From the NCBI GenBank assembly GCA_020184695.1, contig JAANOX010000242.1, positions 186,001 through 250,000 of the forward strand: a stretch of 64,000 bases of DNA. The letters are read 5' to 3'. The DNA comes from Histomonas meleagridis 2922-C6/04-290x (taxonomy: Eukaryota > Protista > Parabasalia). Shown piece after piece: positions 42,508 to 53,435 of this stretch; positions within the stretch are counted from its first letter, which is position 1, and every line of letters begins with the position of its first letter. The notes below the pieces were generated by a model. The model was not told where the DNA came from, made no database searches, and saw nothing but the letters and a program-made list of their open reading frames with translations. A program made the translations under genes and the position numbers.

Positions 42508-45180
42508 TTATTTTGAGAATAATCTAACTATTTTTGTGTAACCGTTTTCAGATGCTAACATAAGTGCTGTTTGAAATAATTTAAAAAATTTCCAAATATT
42601 ATTTTGAAAGATTAAATTATTATAATAAATTTTAAATAAAACAAATTAATATCTTCAGCATTAATATCAATTCCTTCTTGTTTAAGAAGTAATTTAACTA
42701 TTTCTGTATGACCATTTTCAGATGCAATCATAAGTGCTGTTTTAAATAATTTAAATAATTTCCAAATATTATTTTGAAACATTCCAAAATTATTAAAATA
42801 AATTCCAAATAACACAAATAAATATCTTTAGCATTAATATTAATTCCTTTTTGTTCAAGAAGGAATTTAACTATTTCTATATAACCATTTTTAGTTGCAA
42901 AAATAAGTGCTGAACCACAAAATTAAAATAATTTTGAAATAATATTTTGATATATAAAATTATAAAAATAAATATTAAATATAACAAACAAAAAACTTCT
43001 GCATTAATATCAATATCTTTTTGTTCAAGAAGTAATTTAACTATTTCTGTATATCCATTATTAGATGCACATATAAGCGCTGTATAAAATAATGTAAATA
43101 ATTTCCAAATATTATTTTGAAATATAAAATTATTAAAATAAATAAATGAAATAAATAAATAGTTTTAGCATTAATATCAATTCCTTCTTTTTCAAGAAGC
43201 ATTTTAACTATTTCTGTATATCCATTATTAGATGCTATCATAAGTGCTGTCCAAAATAATTTCAATAATTACCAAATATTATATTGAAATATCAAATTTA
43301 AAAGATAAATATTAGATAATATAAGTAAGCATCACCAGTATTAATATCAATTCCTTTTTTCTCAAGAATTATTTTAACTGTTTTTATGTGTCCATTTTCA
43401 GAAGCAAAAACAAGAGCTGTTTTAAATATTTTAAATAAAATCCAAATATTCTTATGAATTATTAAATCATTTAAATAAATATAAAATAAAACAAATAATT
43501 TTTACAATTTACATCAATGTTTTTTAGTTTAAGAAGTAATTTCATTATTTTTGAATATCCATTTTGAGATGCATACATAAGTACAATACAAAATTATTCA
43601 ATTTAATTTGAAACAAAATGAACGAATATCTTTTGGTGAAATATTAATTTGTTGTTTAAGAAGCAATTTCACTATTTCTGTATGTCCATATTGTGTTGCA
43701 TATATAAGCGCTGAATTAAATAAATTAAATTATTTCCAAATATTATATTAAAGTTTGAAATCTTTAAGTTATATATTGTTTCTTGCATTAATATTAATTT
43801 CATTTTGTTCAAGAAGTAACTTCACTATTTCTGTATGACCATTTTCAGATGCAAAAATGAGAGCTGTATTAAATATATTAAATAAATTCCAAATATTATT
43901 TTGAGATAGCAAATTATAAGAATAAATAATAAATATAAATATTAAATAGTTTCAAAATTGATATCAATTATATTTTTTTCAATAATATATTTTACAAGTT
44001 CAATGTTTCCTGATAATGAAGAATAAATCAAAATTTCATTAGAAATTTGATTTTCATCAATATAAGGCTGAAGAATATATATATTTCCAATTTTTGCAAT
44101 TTCATTTAGAGTAGAAAGAGGAAAATTCATACCTTTTTTAAATAAAAACAAAATGAGTTCATAATTATAATATATTATACATTTCTTTTGTATTGAAGAT
44201 AAATCTTTAGTATCATAAAATTTATTTTCATAAAGATAATAAAAAACATCATTTTTATGATATCGTATTGCAATGTCGATTGTGTCATTCAATGATGAAT
44301 GATTTTGTTCACATAAATGAATGATTTCAAGATTTCCACCTGCAACTGCATATTTACCTGTGTTTTCTAATTTTGCACCATTCATAAGCAAATATTTAAA
44401 GCATTTGACTGAAGAAAAAAATGCTGCATAATCAATTAATGTAACATTGTTTTGATTAATAAATGAACATCTTTCATAAAGAGATGGTTCAATGATTTGA
44501 TTAAAATCAAAATTTTCTTGTGTTGATATTTCTTGAAGTTTATCGATTTCATCATTTCGAATTATTTTGGAAATTTCATTTGGATTAACACCTTCTTTAA
44601 TTAATTGTTTATGAAGTTCCCAATTATTCGCTGAAAGTTTTTCATAATTTGTTTCAACATAATATGAAAATTGTAAACTTCTCCGAATACATATGGTTTT
44701 TTCTTTTAAATAATGGATAAAACTTAATGATTTTCTATATACCATTTTTGGCTTAATATAATTTAATTTAATAAATTTTTCAAGAAGATAAAATGTTTCT
44801 TGAGTGTTATTTCTATAAATTGATAAAATAAAAATATTAATAAGTCGATATTCATTTTTAGTGATTCCTTCTTTCTGTTCAATTTCTTTCATGAATTGAT
44901 AATAAATATCGAAATCTTTTTTTTGGGAAACAAATGATGTATAAATTAATTGACTAATAACGAGATTAAAAGAATATTGATAACTGATGTCATATAAATC
45001 CATTATTGAAGATATTGATGTTAATACGTTTTCTTTATTCAAATTAAAAATTAAGGATTCGATTGTTTGCAATTTTAAAAATATTTCGTGAACCTTATTA
45101 GGTACCTCCAGAGCAACAAAATCTTTATTGCCCTTTTTACCTGAATTCTTTTTTGAATTAGAACTTTGTTGATTTCCCAA
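42508..45180 (-). CDS. DUF3447-type ankyrin-repeat gene B; nine ankyrin modules each preceded by an AT-rich spacer
   Basis: Track ORF 43942-45180 stops inside the first spacer. Intact blocks at 43778-43867, 43628-43714, 43498-43587, 43331-43420, 43161-43250, 42994-43083, 42824-42913, 42651-42740 and 42508-42570 (ends TAA). Starts at TTG; coding status uncertain. Confidence 0.7.
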
Positions 45181-45496
45181 AAGCTATGTGTCTGACTAAG
45201 CCGATGATTGCATTGAATCGCTCAGAAAATAATATCGTCTTTTCAATATCGATTTTACATATAACTTTTTAAGTAAAATTTCCAATAAAGTAAAATATTC
45301 AAAAATTTCCGACCGATGAAATCTTTCGGCAAAAATATTTTTGCTGAAAAAGTTATATTTTAACGGTTATAAAAACCATTCTGATGGAAATAAGTGAAAG
45401 TAAAGATTCATCTCTTATTAACGAATACAAAAAATATAATAATTGGTTCATTCAATTAAATAATAATTATGTCTTATTTTATTAAGCATAATAATG

Positions 45497-46590
45497 TTAA
45501 ATAATTGATTTATTAAGTTTTATTATATTAAATATTTGATATATTCGGTGGAATGTTTGGATTGTGCCAAAGAAAAAGAATGCCTTCTTGATTTTTTTAT
45601 TTTTTTTTTTGTTTTTTTTTTTTGTTTCAATTTTCTCTTCTGCTATTTCATTCAATCCATCTGGTTCCTCACTTTCGTCGTCATCATTTTTCATATTTGA
45701 TTTCTTTAGCACTTCTTTCAATGCATGTTACATCTTTTGTCGAATTGGAGCCCTTCTTTATCTATATTCTGTATTTGTTTAATTATTTGCGCACAATTTC
45801 ACGTCGATCATTTAAACCATGTACTTCTTCATCATATCTATTATCATCGAAACTTTGCGTTTCATCTGTTTTATTATTTCACTATCATAAATTTTCATTA
45901 ACTTCTTTACGTATAGGTTTCTTTTCATTAAGTGGAAAACATTCTGTAACTTTCTCTATGCAAAACATTGATATATATTTTTCTAATAATTTATAGTCTT
46001 TGTCTTGAATTTCCCAATTTGTCTTTTTACTAAAGCTAATTCCAAAGTATTATCATATTACCAACTTGGGAAGATTAAACAAATTTCGGTAGTCGAAAAA
46101 TTAATGTTTTGGAAAATTGCAATACACAATGAAATACTTCTAATGTCGGATTGGAATCAGCACCCTTTAAACATATTAAACAAAAATACTCAAGATCTTC
46201 AATGTTAACATTTTATGCAAATTTGTTCATGAAATTATACATTCAATAGCATCAATTGTAGCCCTTACAAAATTACATGAGTTTGGTGTTATAGTTAGTA
46301 TACTAACAGATATATGTAATAACAATGGTGTTGATGATTTCCCTTATTTTATGAAATTGCAATAGGATTAAAATACTTTCATTAACTGGTTCATGTGTTT
46401 TAGATTCATGTTCTTTTAATGCTTCAACAACTTTTGGTAAGAAAATTAATCATAACTCATATGAGTTTAGTATTTGTAATAATGTTAACATTAATAATAA
46501 TCGATAAAATAATGTTGGTGTGATTGAGCTTCTGTTGTTGGATTTCATTCCATTAAGTAATACAGATGCAAGTGAAGGATTTGGTTATGA
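45497..46590 (-). pseudogene. Multiply disrupted HEAT-type gene remnant, possibly the RRP12-like C-terminus
   Basis: Frame-hopping fragments EDLEYFCLICLKG...LQFSKTLIFRLP, KLLEKYISMFCIEKVTECFP and an acidic/lysine tail; family guess from memory only. Confidence 0.3.
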
Positions 46591-47324
46591 TGGTTTATTT
46601 TATTTTTTTCGATTTTGTGTTTATTTGTAATTTTTAAAATTAATTTAAATATATTATTGCTTTGTACCACATAAAAAAATTCGATTTTTTAAGTAAATGC
46701 TTCTAAAAATGGTAAACTTAAAGTCAAATTTTAAAACATGGAAAAATTAATGTAAAAAAACAGTAGAAAGTAATTATTCAAAAGTTATTTAATGTTTGAT
46801 AAATAACAATTCAATGTATTACAAAGTATCAAAGGTATTTGCGTTTTTAATATTTCATATTAATAATTTATACGCAATAAATCTTCATATACATGTGTGA
46901 GAATAATACATTGTAATAAAGATATGATTTTTTTTATTTAAGTTAAAGAAATTCTTTAACACTTATATGTTAATTATATTTCTTATATTTCAATTTAATT
47001 TTTTAATGTTTTAATTTTTGATTATCATATAAAATATATTTATTTGATTCATTTTGATTTGTTTACTACTACATAATATATTCAACTCTATATGGCCTCA
47101 TTAAAATTGATAAATTTTACTTCATTGAATAAAAAGATATCGATATTATAAAATGTATTTATTCATTTTAATTCCAATTTATTTAAATTTGACATTGGAT
47201 ATTTAATTTAATAGATGGATACTTGAAAATCCTTTGAGGTCATGACCCATGAATAAAGAAGTTTGCATCCGAAATTTCAGATTACAATTCAATTAAAAAC
47301 GATCAAAACCAAAAACGAGTTTTC

Positions 47325-47974
47325 ATGTCTATTCAAGATTGTAGAACTGTGAAAAACACAAAGATAATTGACGCTTTGAAACAACAACTTGACCATAAAA
47401 CTTTGATGGCATCCTATGGTAACAATTATAAAGTTAATTTCGAAAGAATAACTCTTTTAATTAATATTAAAAACACCAAAGAAAATATGATTGTTATTCC
47501 AATTTTAAACAAACCATTAACTAGGCTCATTGCTGAAACATTTATAACGGTCGAAATCGAAGATTTGGGAACTATAGATGATGTATTAACTTTTTTACAT
47601 GTCAATTTATGGATAGTTTGGAAGTTAGATTAACCGATTTCAACGTAAAACCTTTCGCAGGTAACTTACCAAGATATTTTAGCATAGATAGTTTATCTGA
47701 TTTTTTTAAACCGTATCTAATATTTAATTCAAATGATCGTCTTTTTTACGTAATTCCACCAGATAATTCAAGTAAAGGTGTATACATCGGAATTGAAACT
47801 CATGAAGATGGTATTCCCATCCAAAAATTTTTTAATTTGCAATCCCCTCATAAACTCACACCAATAAATATTGAAACACCAAAAAATGGGATATTCGATT
47901 ACATAAGAAGTTTCTTCAGTTCATCAAAAAACTCCACAGTTAGAAATGGAAACCATTATGATAAGTTAGATTAA
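47325..47974 (+). pseudogene. Frameshifted hypothetical gene (two overlapping ORFs)
   Basis: ORFs 47325-47633 and 47609-47974 overlap in different frames; no family recognised. Confidence 0.35.
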
Positions 47975-48450
47975 CAACAATATATTTCTTTAAAAAATGC
48001 TTATGTTTATTTTTTATAAATGACATTGCAAAATTGAAATTAGTTTGATTGAAAAATTTTCATTAACTCAATTAGAAGATTAGGAATTTATTGATGGTAA
48101 ATAACTGTTTTATCGCAAATCATTGCGCTTTAAATCACATTTAAAGTGGAGCTTAGTTGAATAATCAAAACCATTTTTAAGGCACCCCAAATATAACCGT
48201 TTGACCAAACACCAAATTTGGCGGTTTTATCCATATGGTGTTTCATTCGATAACATTTCTTCATATGTATTATAAATTTTTTTAAAAACTTATTTACAAT
48301 AATCACAACCTTAAGTGATATCTTTTTGCCAAATTATATTAATTTTCATAAATTTGTTATTGCTGAAACACCCATTTTTTTACCCATTGTCAAAATGGCC
48401 GGACAAATAAAATTTCTCAAAATAAACGGTTATGACAGACCACATTTGTA

Positions 48451-50124
48451 ATGAGCTTAATAACTCTATTACTCTTTGGCTTAGTCCTCTCGGATGAAGA
48501 AGGACAATTGCCTATGAGACCAGAAGGCAATGTTTTTCACTTCCAATCATTCAACGATCCCGATTGGGAGAAAAAGTGGATTATCACACAACTTCCAAAC
48601 TACACAGGACAATGGAAAGTTGAAGAATCAAAAGAACCACAATCATACCCAGGTGAAAAAATGATTTTCATGAAAACAGCCATGGCTTATTATGGTCTTT
48701 CTACAAAGTTTGATACACCACTCGATCTTACTGATCAAACTCTTGTTGTTCAATATGAACTTCGTCTTCAAGAAACACTTGAATGTGGTGGTGCTTACAT
48801 CAAACTTTTCGGAAAGGATAACTTCGAACCAACAACACTTTGTAACGAAACACGTTATGTAATTATGTTCGGTCCAGATAAATGTGGTTCAACTAACAAA
48901 GTTCACTTTATCTTCCGTCATAAGAATCCAAAGACTGGAGTAGTCGAAGAGAAACATATGACTAATGCACCATCAATCAAGACAGATAAGAACAATCATC
49001 TTTATACATTAATTGTTCGTCCAGACAATTCATTTGAAATTCTTATTGATGCTGAATCAGTTAAACAAGGCAATCTTCTTACTGACTTTGCTCCTTCTGT
49101 TAACCCACCAAAGGAAATTGATGATCCAACAGATGTCAAACCAGATGATTGGGTTGATGAAGAAATGATTCCAGATCCAGAAGCCAAGAAACCAGATGAT
49201 TGGGATGAAGATGAACCAGAATACATCAAAGATCCAGAAAAGCTTTCACCACCAGAAGGTTGGCTTGTTGATGAACCTAAATTTATTCCAGATCCAGAAG
49301 CCCAAAAGCCAGACGATTGGGATGATGATATCCATGGGGAATGGGAAGCCCCAACAGTAGCAAATCCAAAGTGTGAAGCAGCACCAGGATGTGGCGAATA
49401 TGAAGCTCCACTCATTAAGAACCCGAACTACAAAGGCAAATGGCACGCACCACAGATCAAGAACCCAGCTTACAAAGGTGTTTGGAAGCCACGTCAAATT
49501 CCAAATCCAGACTATTTCGAAGATTTACATCCACATAACTTCCCAACAATCATTGGCGCAGGTTTCGAACTTTGGATGGTCAACAAGGAACTTGGCTTTA
49601 ACAACATTCTCATTTCCACCGATGAAGCAGTTGTTCACAAATGGAATAAGGATCATTTCACACCTAAACATACTGCTCAAGAAGAAAAGACAAAGAAAGA
49701 AGAGAAGAAAGAAAAGGCTAGCGAGAAAGCAGAAAGCTTCACAGGCGCATTAACAGATTTCGTATCAACAATTAAGGATGCTTGGACTAACCTTTACTCA
49801 GAGAACCAAATCGCAACAGTTGCTATCACAGCAATCGGTGGCCTTATCCCAGTTGTCCTTATGATCGTTATCTGTTGCCGTAAACCAGCACCAAAGGCTA
49901 AGCCAGCAGCAGAAAAGAAGCCAAAGGCTGAAGAAAAGAAAGAAGAAAAGAAGCCAAAGGTTGAAGAAGTTAAGGAAGAAACAAAGGAGGCTGAAAATAA
50001 GCCAGAATCAGAATCAGAATCTGATTCATCATCAAGCAGCGAAGATGAAAAGAAAGAAGAAGAAAAGCCAAAGGTGCAAAAGCGCAATCCAAAACGTAAA
50101 GAAAGAAAACTCGATGGATTCTAA
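48451..50124 (+). CDS. CANX: Calnexin
   Basis: Signal peptide, lectin domain (ECGGAYIKL, MFGPDKCG), P-domain repeats (KPDDWD, GEWEAP, GKWHAP), TM and charged tail. Confidence 0.96.
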   Translation: MSLITLLLFGLVLSDEEGQLPMRPEGNVFHFQSFNDPDWEKKWIITQLPNYTGQWKVEESKEPQSYPGEKMIFMKTAMAYYGLSTKFDTPLDLTDQTLVVQYELRLQETLECGGAYIKLFGKDNFEPTTLCNETRYVIMFGPDKCGSTNKVHFIFRHKNPKTGVVEEKHMTNAPSIKTDKNNHLYTLIVRPDNSFEILIDAESVKQGNLLTDFAPSVNPPKEIDDPTDVKPDDWVDEEMIPDPEAKKPDDWDEDEPEYIKDPEKLSPPEGWLVDEPKFIPDPEAQKPDDWDDDIHGEWEAPTVANPKCEAAPGCGEYEAPLIKNPNYKGKWHAPQIKNPAYKGVWKPRQIPNPDYFEDLHPHNFPTIIGAGFELWMVNKELGFNNILISTDEAVVHKWNKDHFTPKHTAQEEKTKKEEKKEKASEKAESFTGALTDFVSTIKDAWTNLYSENQIATVAITAIGGLIPVVLMIVICCRKPAPKAKPAAEKKPKAEEKKEEKKPKVEEVKEETKEAENKPESESESDSSSSSEDEKKEEEKPKVQKRNPKRKERKLDGF

Positions 50125-50532
50125 TAAACAGTAGCTAACACATCATAAAAATGTTTTTCCAAAATCAATCGAAGTGAATTCACTATTAAAAACGTTTACA
50201 AAAATTTTTTGTTTGAATAAATTTCTTCGTTGCAACGTTCTAATTTACGCAAATTTCGTTCCATTCGGTAAAATGTTTATAATTATTTTTCACCGTTAAG
50301 GAAGGATAGCCTCAAATAATGACTTTTTATTAATGCACGAGTGAAGTTGAGAGTGAACTATTTGCTTCACTTCCCCGGAGAAGTTAAAATTAAGCCGTTG
50401 GTGTTTACTACATTCTCAATTTTTTTTGCCAATGATTGAAAAAGTTCCATGTCGCTATCGTGGTATATTCAAAAGTAACGGTGATAAAGAGTGAAGGAAA
50501 TTTTCGGTTTTAATCATACAGAATTTGGAACA

Positions 50533-53268
50533 ATGATTCAAGCAAAAGAAAAATTTGTGCCTACGCCAAGCTCACCTAGAAGAAACCCATTTTGTGATGG
50601 AAATGGAAAGCAGTTTGACTTGTTTTTTGCAGAATCAATTAATGGTTTTATCTTATCACATTTTCCTATTTCAAGTAATTATCAATCTTATGAAGAATAT
50701 GAATTTGATGTTGATGTATGGTACACGTCACTGGTAAATACTTTAAAAAATAATATTTATCAAAATAATTTAAGCCTTTTTTTAAGAAGACCACCTATTA
50801 ACTACACAGAATATTATGGCAAAAACCAGTTTCGTATTGGGCCTCTTCATTTCAAACAAATTGAAGAAACAATATTGTTAGGATTACCATATGACAAAAA
50901 TTCTATATTTGACGAAAAAATAAATAAAAACGAAGTTCCAATTAGCCAGTGGATAATCCCAAATTGTCCATGGAATAGCTGGAGTATTCCACAATTTCCT
51001 GATCCAAATTTTTATGATAATTTTGAAGATTTTTCCAAAGCCGCAAAAAATTGGTACGAAATCTCATCTCAACTTATACGATGCAAAGCACGAGATTTTA
51101 AAGAAATCAAAGAAAGCACAGAATCTTTACCCATTCGAACATGGACTGATGTCACAAACGAAACATCCAAGGAACTAGAAAACTTTATATGGCATCCATC
51201 ATCATTTCCATATCAACAATATGTTGAGAAGCAACCAATTAAGAAACCAGCGCTTCCACCTCTTCCACCTCCAAGCCCCCAATTCACATTCTATTACATT
51301 GACAACCGACCAATTAACGAGTCAATGATTTCAAGTCAAATTAATCGTCTTTTAGGTGCGTACAAAAAAGGTTTCACACTTGACTTTGAAGTCCGGGTCC
51401 ATCCACTTATAGTCGAATTTACTAATTATGGATGTGATGCATTTGATAGCACCACGACGATTGATGAAAAAGAATTACCACCTGCTAAGTTGACAATATT
51501 CGAATTGTATCAAATTTTAAATTTAGATTATGACCAAATTTCGTATTATGAAAAGAATCAAGTATACGTAACAATTCTTGAAATATTAAATATATCGCGA
51601 CCATTTTCATTATCATCAATGTTCTTGACGACATATTCATTATATGTCATATGTCGAATATTCATTGAACATTTAGAAAAACCATTCGAAATCATTGACC
51701 CGTGTTTTGGTTGTTTACGAGATCCGACGTTTTATCCATATCATACTCAACTATTCAATTTATATTTCACACGGATTTTATTCAAAGTATTTGTCCAAAT
51801 TAAAGAAAAAAAAGCAGCGAAAATAATGAGACAACGGTACATTGATTTCCGCAGAGAAACCATTTCATATTTTGAAAAAAATCCATTTGTATTTGAATTC
51901 AAATCAAATATTTTACGTACAACAAATTCAGGAGATGAATTTACTCATAGAATGAATGAACGCAAATATAACGTGATGAAGATAAGTTCATATAATGAAT
52001 TTAATTCTCCGCCACATCGGAAAACAATGGTTGCGTCGAGTAGTTTTTATAACGCCGATGCACATTTGTTTGGGTTTTGGCCTAATTCAGAAGAATCTTT
52101 TGATATTATAACACCAAATAATTCACCTTCATTACAAAACCAAATGTATGCGAATGTATTCGATGATAGTTTGGTTGGTACTTTAGTTTCGTTATATTTG
52201 GTTTCCTTTAATTTGGGCATGAATGACTTAATATGTGGTAATTGTTTCATGTTTATTTCCTTCATACTCGAAAATTCAAGGCCTTGGTTTAACTACTTTA
52301 CGAGCAAAGTGATTCGGAATAAGGAAATGATGCTGATGTTCATGAACGAATACTTTGATCATTATAATACAATTTCGTTGTCTTTGCCGGCGATCGTTAA
52401 TTTTATGGTTTTGATATTCAAAATCAAACCGTTATACGTTAGAAAACTACCAAATAATAACCGCTGGATATTTACGATCATTTCTAAGTCAACTCAACAT
52501 TTGAAAACATCGTTTAGGGGCACCCGGTTAATTGAATGCGTTCTAGAGTTTACATGCCGATACAATAGGGTGAAAAGTGACAACCTAAAATTACAACTCG
52601 ACTGTACTCAGATCCATGCAATGTTGGCCGCCTTAATACCATATGAAAAGAATGTTGAAGTATTAGCTTCAGAGCTAAGGTCATTTGCGCTTTTGTTATC
52701 AGAACCAAATTCTATTGAAATTTTTAAGAACACAGAAATAACTAAGCAAATATTATACAACCTGAAAAATAGGAATAACAGGGTAAGGAAGGCTGCATGG
52801 AAGATAATTCGAAATCTGATAGTTTACAATCTTCCTAAATTAGACAAAATATTCCGCCTACAGAGCATTCGAAGGTCATTGGAAAGCGCATTCCATAATG
52901 GCGCATTAGCTACTGTCGAAATCTTGAAACTTTTGAGTAGTTTAATTCGCAAATTAACAAAAGATGATAAATTCATATCACAACAATACGCTTCGAACTT
53001 TTCGGCGATAATCAAATTCTTGAAGGAATGCGGGCTTAGTGAGTCAAAGATATTATTTACATTTGATGTCAAACATGGAACAGCTGAAAGTAATGCGCGG
53101 CGTAAACATGCGGTGGAGCAGTTCAGGAGGCTCATAGAGGCAAATCCAACAATCGCAAAGGCATTCGAGGAGATGAGTACGGAATTTGGAGCACTCAGTC
53201 CATCGAAGAAGGGCCAATCAAAAAGAAAGGAATTCTCTGTAAGGAGGAAAAAGCAAAGTAACAATTAA
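50533..53268 (+). CDS. Large hypothetical protein with proline-rich patch and C-terminal helical repeats
   Basis: Long uninterrupted ORF; first ATG at 50533. Confidence 0.7.
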   Translation: MIQAKEKFVPTPSSPRRNPFCDGNGKQFDLFFAESINGFILSHFPISSNYQSYEEYEFDVDVWYTSLVNTLKNNIYQNNLSLFLRRPPINYTEYYGKNQFRIGPLHFKQIEETILLGLPYDKNSIFDEKINKNEVPISQWIIPNCPWNSWSIPQFPDPNFYDNFEDFSKAAKNWYEISSQLIRCKARDFKEIKESTESLPIRTWTDVTNETSKELENFIWHPSSFPYQQYVEKQPIKKPALPPLPPPSPQFTFYYIDNRPINESMISSQINRLLGAYKKGFTLDFEVRVHPLIVEFTNYGCDAFDSTTTIDEKELPPAKLTIFELYQILNLDYDQISYYEKNQVYVTILEILNISRPFSLSSMFLTTYSLYVICRIFIEHLEKPFEIIDPCFGCLRDPTFYPYHTQLFNLYFTRILFKVFVQIKEKKAAKIMRQRYIDFRRETISYFEKNPFVFEFKSNILRTTNSGDEFTHRMNERKYNVMKISSYNEFNSPPHRKTMVASSSFYNADAHLFGFWPNSEESFDIITPNNSPSLQNQMYANVFDDSLVGTLVSLYLVSFNLGMNDLICGNCFMFISFILENSRPWFNYFTSKVIRNKEMMLMFMNEYFDHYNTISLSLPAIVNFMVLIFKIKPLYVRKLPNNNRWIFTIISKSTQHLKTSFRGTRLIECVLEFTCRYNRVKSDNLKLQLDCTQIHAMLAALIPYEKNVEVLASELRSFALLLSEPNSIEIFKNTEITKQILYNLKNRNNRVRKAAWKIIRNLIVYNLPKLDKIFRLQSIRRSLESAFHNGALATVEILKLLSSLIRKLTKDDKFISQQYASNFSAIIKFLKECGLSESKILFTFDVKHGTAESNARRKHAVEQFRRLIEANPTIAKAFEEMSTEFGALSPSKKGQSKRKEFSVRRKKQSNN

Positions 53269-53435
53269 TAAATGTTTAGAATAAAACATTTTTTTAACTA
53301 CAGCTTCCAACACAAGCAGGTGTAAAGCACTCAGAAATTCTATGGGATTTGACCGTCAAAATTAGGTCACAACTGTAGGAAATTTAAGGGTGCAAGGTTT
53401 TTAAGTAGTTTATTTGCTTCCCCAGGAATCACAGA

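Noticed and set aside
42571-43947. Canonical spliceosomal introns as the explanation for the ankyrin spacers
   Set aside because: No ACTAAC branch motif; GT present in only some copies; the GT(position 9)-to-CAG join is out of frame; the only in-frame GT-AG join (gene A, 80-nt spacer) would delete the TAL threonine and the whole hairpin
319-50124. Alternative genetic code (TAA read as an amino acid) to explain in-frame stops in ankyrin, Hydin and BspA regions
   Set aside because: RPL38, RPL29, RPN7, PIS1 and calnexin all end at TAA at the expected family lengths and have no internal TAA
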